Part shown: positions 58,952-64,000 of the stretch, in pieces
How the letters are laid out: each line of letters begins with the position of its first letter
How positions within the stretch are numbered: position 1 is the first letter of the stretch
NCBI GenBank assembly: GCA_001029775.1
Contig: CP011215.1
Location: 682,303 to 746,302, forward strand
Direction: 5' to 3'
DNA: 64,000 nt
Source: Candidatus Campbellbacteria bacterium GW2011_OD1_34_28
Lineage (GTDB): Bacteria > Patescibacteriota > Minisyncoccia > Phycocordibacterales > UBA12079
The notes under the pieces: generated by a model
Database searches by the model: none
The model's input: only the letters and a program-made list of their open reading frames with translations
What the model was told of the DNA's origin: nothing
Position numbers and translations under genes: made by a program

Positions 58952-58995
58952 TTTAAAATAGAAAAACAGCACGCTGGCGAAAGCCAGCGTGCTGT
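58952..58995 (-). terminator. terminator downstream of secF (aacagcacgctggcgaaagccagcgtgctgtt)
   Basis: 14-bp stem flanked by T/A runs. Confidence 0.6.
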
Positions 58996-59035
58996 TTTTC
59001 TTAAACCTTATTACTTATCCCTTACACCTTAATCC

Positions 59036-59947
59036 TTACCCCTTACTACTAAACTTCTGCCAAGTAACCAAAAGTGGTGATGCCAAAAAGATTGAAGAAT
59101 AAGTTCCTGCAATCACTCCGATTGAAAGCACTAAAGTAAAATGTTTTGTTGTGTCTCCTCCAAAGAAAAACAAAAACAACAAAGCAATCAATACCGTCAA
59201 AGATGTATTGATAGATCTACCAAATGTTTGACTCAAACTTTTTCCAACAATTTCCTCAAATGATTCTCCTTTGCTACTATTTTTCAAATTCTCTCTTACT
59301 CTGTCAAAAACAACAATCGTGTCATTAACAGAAAATCCAAGAATCGCAAGAAGGGCAGTTACGAACAAGATATCTATTTGATAATCAATAAACATACTAC
59401 CAAGTAATACGAAAACTCCCGTAGGAATAACAATGTCATGAATAAGAGCAAGAATAGCCACCGCTCCATATTTCCAAGAAGAAACTCTTTCTTTTCCTAA
59501 TTCTGAAACTTTTCTAAACGAAAAAGCAATAAAAAGAATAATAGCAATAACAACAAAGACCAAAGCCATCACTGCTTTGCTTTTTAATTCTTGACCAATA
59601 ACAGGGCCGATTGAGTTAAACCTCTTTTCTTCAATTTGAACTGTGCTATCAAGAGAAAGCGCATTCATAACAGAAACTCTTTCATCTTCTGTAAGATTTT
59701 TTGTTCTCAAAATAACTCCGTTTTCCCCAATATCTTGAATCGTATAATTTCCCAAATTCAAAACATTCAATTTTTCTTTTACTACATTTAAATCAGCCTT
59801 TTCTTCTGGATAACCTATTTCGGTAATCGCTCCTCCTGTAAAATCTATCCCCAAATTAAAACCATAAAAAGCAAAAGCAAAAACAGACGCTCCGATCAAA
59901 ATTCCTGATATCGTGTAAAATATTTTTCTGTATTTAATTACAAACAT
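59036..59947 (-). CDS. secF: protein translocase subunit SecF
   Basis: Six TM helices, SecD/SecF family blocks; immediately downstream of secD. Confidence 0.85.
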   Translation of the reverse strand: MFVIKYRKIFYTISGILIGASVFAFAFYGFNLGIDFTGGAITEIGYPEEKADLNVVKEKLNVLNLGNYTIQDIGENGVILRTKNLTEDERVSVMNALSLDSTVQIEEKRFNSIGPVIGQELKSKAVMALVFVVIAIILFIAFSFRKVSELGKERVSSWKYGAVAILALIHDIVIPTGVFVLLGSMFIDYQIDILFVTALLAILGFSVNDTIVVFDRVRENLKNSSKGESFEEIVGKSLSQTFGRSINTSLTVLIALLFLFFFGGDTTKHFTLVLSIGVIAGTYSSIFLASPLLVTWQKFSSKG

Positions 59948-59974
59948 GATAGTTTAGTTATTAGTTAATAGTTT

Positions 59975-61327
59975 TTAGTTTTTAGTAACTCCACATCCGA
60001 ATAAAAATTGAGCGACCTTTCCGTTGCCTTTTGGAGCAACTGCCAACAAGAATGTTCTAGTAACTGTCAAAGCGGTAAACATACTTATCATAACTCCGAT
60101 TCCAAATGTCAAAGCAAAACCCTGTACCGAAGATGTTCCTAACCAAAACAAAATTATTGCAGTGATGATGCTTGAAATATTTGAGTCACGAATTGAAAGC
60201 CATGCTCTTGCAAAACCTTCTTTGATTGCAGACTCAATATCTCTACCATTTCTCAGCTCTTCTTTAATTCTTTCAAAAACTAAAACGTTGGCATCTACCG
60301 CCATACCAATAGACATAATGAATCCGGCAATACCAGCAGATGTTAATGTCACAGGAATCACTTTGAACAAAGCAAGCATTATGACAACATAAAATGTAAG
60401 TGACAACACTGAAAGAAGACCCGGAAGTCTATACCAGAAAAACATAAATACAACAATCGCAATCAATCCATAAATACCAGCATTAACACCTTTGTTTAAA
60501 ACATTTTCTCCCAAAGATGCACCGATATTTTGTGTTGAAACAAGCTCGATTGGAACAGGCAAGGCACCATAATTTAGATTTTTTACTAATTCTTTTGCTT
60601 CTTCCAAGGTAAAACCGCCGGAAATCTCGGCCTTTCCATCTCTAATTTCAGAACGAACAACAGGAGTAGTAATTGGTTGTCCGTCCAAATAAATAGCAAC
60701 CACTTTATTCAAATTTTCTTTTGTGATTTGAGCAAACAAATCTTTTCCTTCTGCATTAAAAGCTAGCAGAACAATCGGTTCTCCTGTGTTTGGATCAAAA
60801 ATCAACTGAGATTTTTCCAAGTAACGACCAGTTAAGGTTGTGCTTTGATAAGGGTCTTCCAACGCCAAAGGATCTATGTCAGATGTGTCTTCCCCGTTTT
60901 GGGTTTTTTCATACATTTCTCTTTGAGCAGAAATAATTTCAGCAGTATTTGGCTTTTCTACTTTGAATTCAAGTAACGGAGTTTGACCGATCAAAGTAAC
61001 GGCTTGGTTGATATCTGTTACTCCTGGTAATTCAACAATTAGACGACGAGCGTCTCCCGCATTTTCAATTTGAACCAACGGTTCAGAAACACCGAACATA
61101 TTTGTTCTTCTTTCAATAACATCTCTCAAAGCATCCATAGAATCGTTTACACTTCCTGCGTCAAGGTTTGAAATGTCTGCCTGATAAACAAGCTGTGTTC
61201 CTCCTGCCAAATCAAGTCCCAATTTGAATGGAAATTTTGATTCAGAATTTATTTGCGAATTATAATTAAAGTAGCCAATTAGCCCTCCAACCAACAGCAA
61301 CATTATCGCGATTATTCTTATCTTCAT
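59975..61327 (-). CDS. secD: protein translocase subunit SecD
   Basis: N-terminal TM, large periplasmic domain, C-terminal 5-TM bundle with SecD blocks. Confidence 0.85.
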   Translation of the reverse strand: MKIRIIAIMLLLVGGLIGYFNYNSQINSESKFPFKLGLDLAGGTQLVYQADISNLDAGSVNDSMDALRDVIERRTNMFGVSEPLVQIENAGDARRLIVELPGVTDINQAVTLIGQTPLLEFKVEKPNTAEIISAQREMYEKTQNGEDTSDIDPLALEDPYQSTTLTGRYLEKSQLIFDPNTGEPIVLLAFNAEGKDLFAQITKENLNKVVAIYLDGQPITTPVVRSEIRDGKAEISGGFTLEEAKELVKNLNYGALPVPIELVSTQNIGASLGENVLNKGVNAGIYGLIAIVVFMFFWYRLPGLLSVLSLTFYVVIMLALFKVIPVTLTSAGIAGFIMSIGMAVDANVLVFERIKEELRNGRDIESAIKEGFARAWLSIRDSNISSIITAIILFWLGTSSVQGFALTFGIGVMISMFTALTVTRTFLLAVAPKGNGKVAQFLFGCGVTKN

Positions 61328-61330
61328 ATT

Positions 61331-61366
61331 ATTATAGGGTTTAGGGTTTAGGGTTTAGGGTTTAGA
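61331..61366. repeat. 7-bp tandem repeat (GGTTTAG)x5
   Basis: gggtttagggtttagggtttagggtttag immediately upstream of the secD start. Confidence 0.7.
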
Positions 61367-61471
61367 TTGCGGTGATAAATTTTTGCGAAGCAAAAATTTA
61401 TCTTCTACCCTATACGCTAAACGCCAAACGCTCTTTAAATTAATTAATGGGCTTATATTATACCAAAACAG

Positions 61472-62002
61472 CTATTTTTTCAACAAAAATGTCTTTATTC
61501 CATAAACACCCAAAAAAGCGAGTGCAAAAGCTCCTAAAATATCCAAGGGCCAATGAACACCAGAAATGACACGAGCAACCCCTATTAAAATTGCCCCTAG
61601 TAGTAAAAATGACGAGAAACATCTCGGGTTATACAAATAATTCATTAGAGCCAGCGTTGCAAAAAATGTCGTATGTCCAGACGGAAAAGAATCAGCGTTT
61701 CCGTGTTCAAACAAAACATTTATATTATCTAGTGCTATAAAAGGTCTAGGACTGTAATACAAAAAATTTATTATTTGAGAGACAAACCAAACCAGCATAG
61801 AAGCAGAAGAAATGATGAAAAATTCTTTTATTATTTTCTTTTCAAACTTTGATTTATAAAATCTGTAAAAATAAAATGCTACAAAAATCCCTACTAAAAT
61901 ATAGGGAAAATATTGAGCAAAAAATAGCACCAGAAAATCAATGGTTTCATTTTTACCCGCAATATTGTTCAAAAAATAAAAAATTTCATAGTTTAAATTC
62001 AT
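61472..62002 (-). CDS. PAP2-family phosphatase (undecaprenyl-diphosphatase-like)
   Basis: PSGH (SFPSGHTTF) and SGVHWPLD motifs. Confidence 0.7.
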   Translation of the reverse strand: MNLNYEIFYFLNNIAGKNETIDFLVLFFAQYFPYILVGIFVAFYFYRFYKSKFEKKIIKEFFIISSASMLVWFVSQIINFLYYSPRPFIALDNINVLFEHGNADSFPSGHTTFFATLALMNYLYNPRCFSSFLLLGAILIGVARVISGVHWPLDILGAFALAFLGVYGIKTFLLKK

Positions 62003-62047
62003 ATGTGTTTTAAATTTATCATCCTGGATTGCTTCACTTCTTCCGAG

Positions 62048-63886
62048 CTATAAACTATCGACTATCGTCTCCGTTGTTGTCGGCTCTGTTGTCGTAGCTG
62101 TCGGTTCTACCACAGGATCTATTGTCGTTGCTGGTTCTGTTGTTACAGCTGTTGGCTCTTCAACAAGCACCGTTCGTGTGCTTGTTGAAGTCAGTGTTCC
62201 ATCAAATGCTGTGTAAGTAACTGTGTATTCTCCTGCTATTGATGTATCAACATCTTCCTCTCCGAATACATCTACTATTAGAGAGTCTCCCACTCCGTTC
62301 ACGGCTGTCGCACCCAAATCAGAATAATTAGTATTTAGTTCTACTGTGGCTGGATTATTACCAATGATTGTGATTAAAGGTGGTGTTGTTGTAGATTGTG
62401 TTATTTCGGTAATAGAAGCTGTTTGATTTACTAGCAAAGCTTCTAATTTAGCAACTCTCTCTTTTAACTCTGCGATTTCATTTTTGTTAGCAAGAATATT
62501 TGATGTATTTTCAACAACCCTTTGCCAAATTTCTTTAACTGCGTTTACCAAAACCGAAGTCAATTTTGGATAATCAAGGTTCATGATGTTACCTTTGTCA
62601 TCGTGTCCGATTACTTCTGGGATTAACAAATCAACTTCTTCTGCGATGAATCCGATTTGAGTAGATGATGAATTAATAAAGTCTGATTTCCAGTTGAAAG
62701 ATACAGGGCGTAGTTGAAGGACTGTGTCTAGACCATATGTTAGATCGTTGATGTTTGTTTTGAATCTCTCTGACGATGCTCCACAGGCGGTTGTTGATGT
62801 TGCTAGTTCTCCGTTTGTTGATACACAAGCATAGTAACCTGTTCCATTATTGGTTAGGCCGGTGAAAGCAGCTGTTCCGTTTACGGAAAGAGTTCTCCAT
62901 GGGGTGGTGGTGCCGATGCCGATGTTGCCGTCATTAAATATATACGAGCCTGTGCCTATACCAAAAACTCCATTTGTTCCATTATGAGTTAATGATAGCC
63001 ACTGGTTAGTAGACTGAGCCGCTGAATGAATAAACATAGTTGGATTAGATTGTTCAGAATGTTGGAAGTTAAAACTCATATCATTAACATCTGCAATAAT
63101 TAAAGATCGTGACTGATGGTTTCCGCTTCCTCCGTCATCATTTAATCCAATTATCAAGGCATCGTTTGTTTGAGCAGTATCCCACTCCATCCGAGCCATA
63201 TCATCCGTAGCAGCGCCAAATCCTAGCTGTTTATCACTTCCTAAGCCAAGACCGATTGTAGTAGAAAAATAGGCCGATAGTGTGTTTCCAGCTGAAAAAT
63301 ACATACTACCACTACTGCTAAAAATTGTGTGTCCATTCTGATCAATAGATATATTGCCATAACTCGCAGACTTATCATCATATCCTGATACTCTTAAACC
63401 TGTCGTTGGTGCACCTGAACCAAAATTAGGTCCATCCGTTTTTTGTACAACTTGCAATTCCGTAACGGGAGCAGTTATTCCAATCCCAACATTTCCACTA
63501 TCCAAAACAGTCACCAACGGAGTGTCAGCCGAGTTGGTTGTTTGAAAGTTTATCCCTGTGGTTGTTCCTGCTCCTTTGACAGATAATTTTGCAAAAGGTG
63601 AAGTGGTGCCGATGCCGACGTTGCCGGTACCTGATACCACAGTAAACTTAGGGTTTACAACATCTGAAGCAGAAAAAACACTAAAGGCACTACTTGCTCC
63701 CGGAACCATAGACACATTTGCCGAGGAACGGAATCTAAACCCATTACTGTTAGTGATTGACCCAAAGTTATCGTAAGCAGTTCCCAACCCGTTTACTCCA
63801 AAACTTATCCAAGGGGCATCAGTGATATTTTGAGCAGTAACATGGATGCCTCCCATTGTGGTGCTGTTTCCAATAACATTCAACAC
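62048..63886 (-). CDS. large secreted repeat protein with a C-terminal tail-fibre-type intramolecular chaperone (peptidase S74-like) domain
   Basis: Repeated GNVGIGTT blocks; C-terminal IGFIAEEVDLLIPEVIGHDDKGNIMNLDYPKLTSVLVNAVKE + coiled coil; Thr-rich tail. N-terminal boundary uncertain: the same repeats continue to the window edge. Confidence 0.5.
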   Translation of the reverse strand: MLNVIGNSTTMGGIHVTAQNITDAPWISFGVNGLGTAYDNFGSITNSNGFRFRSSANVSMVPGASSAFSVFSASDVVNPKFTVVSGTGNVGIGTTSPFAKLSVKGAGTTTGINFQTTNSADTPLVTVLDSGNVGIGITAPVTELQVVQKTDGPNFGSGAPTTGLRVSGYDDKSASYGNISIDQNGHTIFSSSGSMYFSAGNTLSAYFSTTIGLGLGSDKQLGFGAATDDMARMEWDTAQTNDALIIGLNDDGGSGNHQSRSLIIADVNDMSFNFQHSEQSNPTMFIHSAAQSTNQWLSLTHNGTNGVFGIGTGSYIFNDGNIGIGTTTPWRTLSVNGTAAFTGLTNNGTGYYACVSTNGELATSTTACGASSERFKTNINDLTYGLDTVLQLRPVSFNWKSDFINSSSTQIGFIAEEVDLLIPEVIGHDDKGNIMNLDYPKLTSVLVNAVKEIWQRVVENTSNILANKNEIAELKERVAKLEALLVNQTASITEITQSTTTPPLITIIGNNPATVELNTNYSDLGATAVNGVGDSLIVDVFGEEDVDTSIAGEYTVTYTAFDGTLTSTSTRTVLVEEPTAVTTEPATTIDPVVEPTATTTEPTTTETIVDSL

Positions 63887-64000
63887 AGCATCAGGACTTG
63901 TCGTCCCAATTCCGACGTTGCCAGTTATCGTTGTGCTTCCTGTTACTTGAAGTTTTGCACCTCCAACTACATCAGTATAGGAACCAATTAATAAATTTCC

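Noticed and set aside
61331-61366. Telomere function for the (GGTTTAG)5 repeat
   Set aside because: It matches the plant telomere unit, but it is a short internal intergenic microsatellite upstream of secD. It is one of several 7-bp arrays, and there is no evidence of a linear replicon end.

Overview
AT-rich, gene-dense bacterial window with a small-genome, CPR/Patescibacteria-like character. Supporting signs: an unlinked 16S rRNA with an expansion insert, many small secreted or hypothetical proteins, and few Shine-Dalgarno sites. The ORF track treats ATG, GTG and TTG as starts. Positions 1-32000 and 49800-64000 are mostly housekeeping genes on both strands (aaRS C-terminus, truB, hisS, gyrB, pheST, rel, engB, ftsEX, prfB, murC, secDF, 16S rRNA, tRNA-Ile). 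Positions ~32087-49754 are a ~17.7 kb genomic island with higher GC, inserted at the 3' end of a tRNA-Gln(CUG) gene and bounded by a 39-bp direct repeat of the tRNA 3' half. The island carries two blocks. The first is a degraded prophage or satellite-like module: a CI/LexA-like repressor heading an operon with DUF2188, a CD-NTase and a 2TM effector (CBASS-like) plus two unknown genes, then a ParB-DNA methyltransferase, TerS and TerL, a GIY-YIG/T5orf172 protein and a large serine recombinase. The second is a complete type I R-M operon (C-regulator, hsdM, an uncharacterized 529-aa gene, hsdS with a 12-bp x3 repeat, hsdR). Other observations: a GC-rich structured ncRNA between truB and hisS; PheT carrying an inserted NlpC/P60 domain; a cluster of nested att-scar repeats at 30.6-32.2 kb; dispersed 7-bp-periodic intergenic repeats; a 16S rRNA with a ~130-nt expansion segment and an apparently non-canonical 3' tail. 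All calls rest on motif recognition by eye. No database searches were run.
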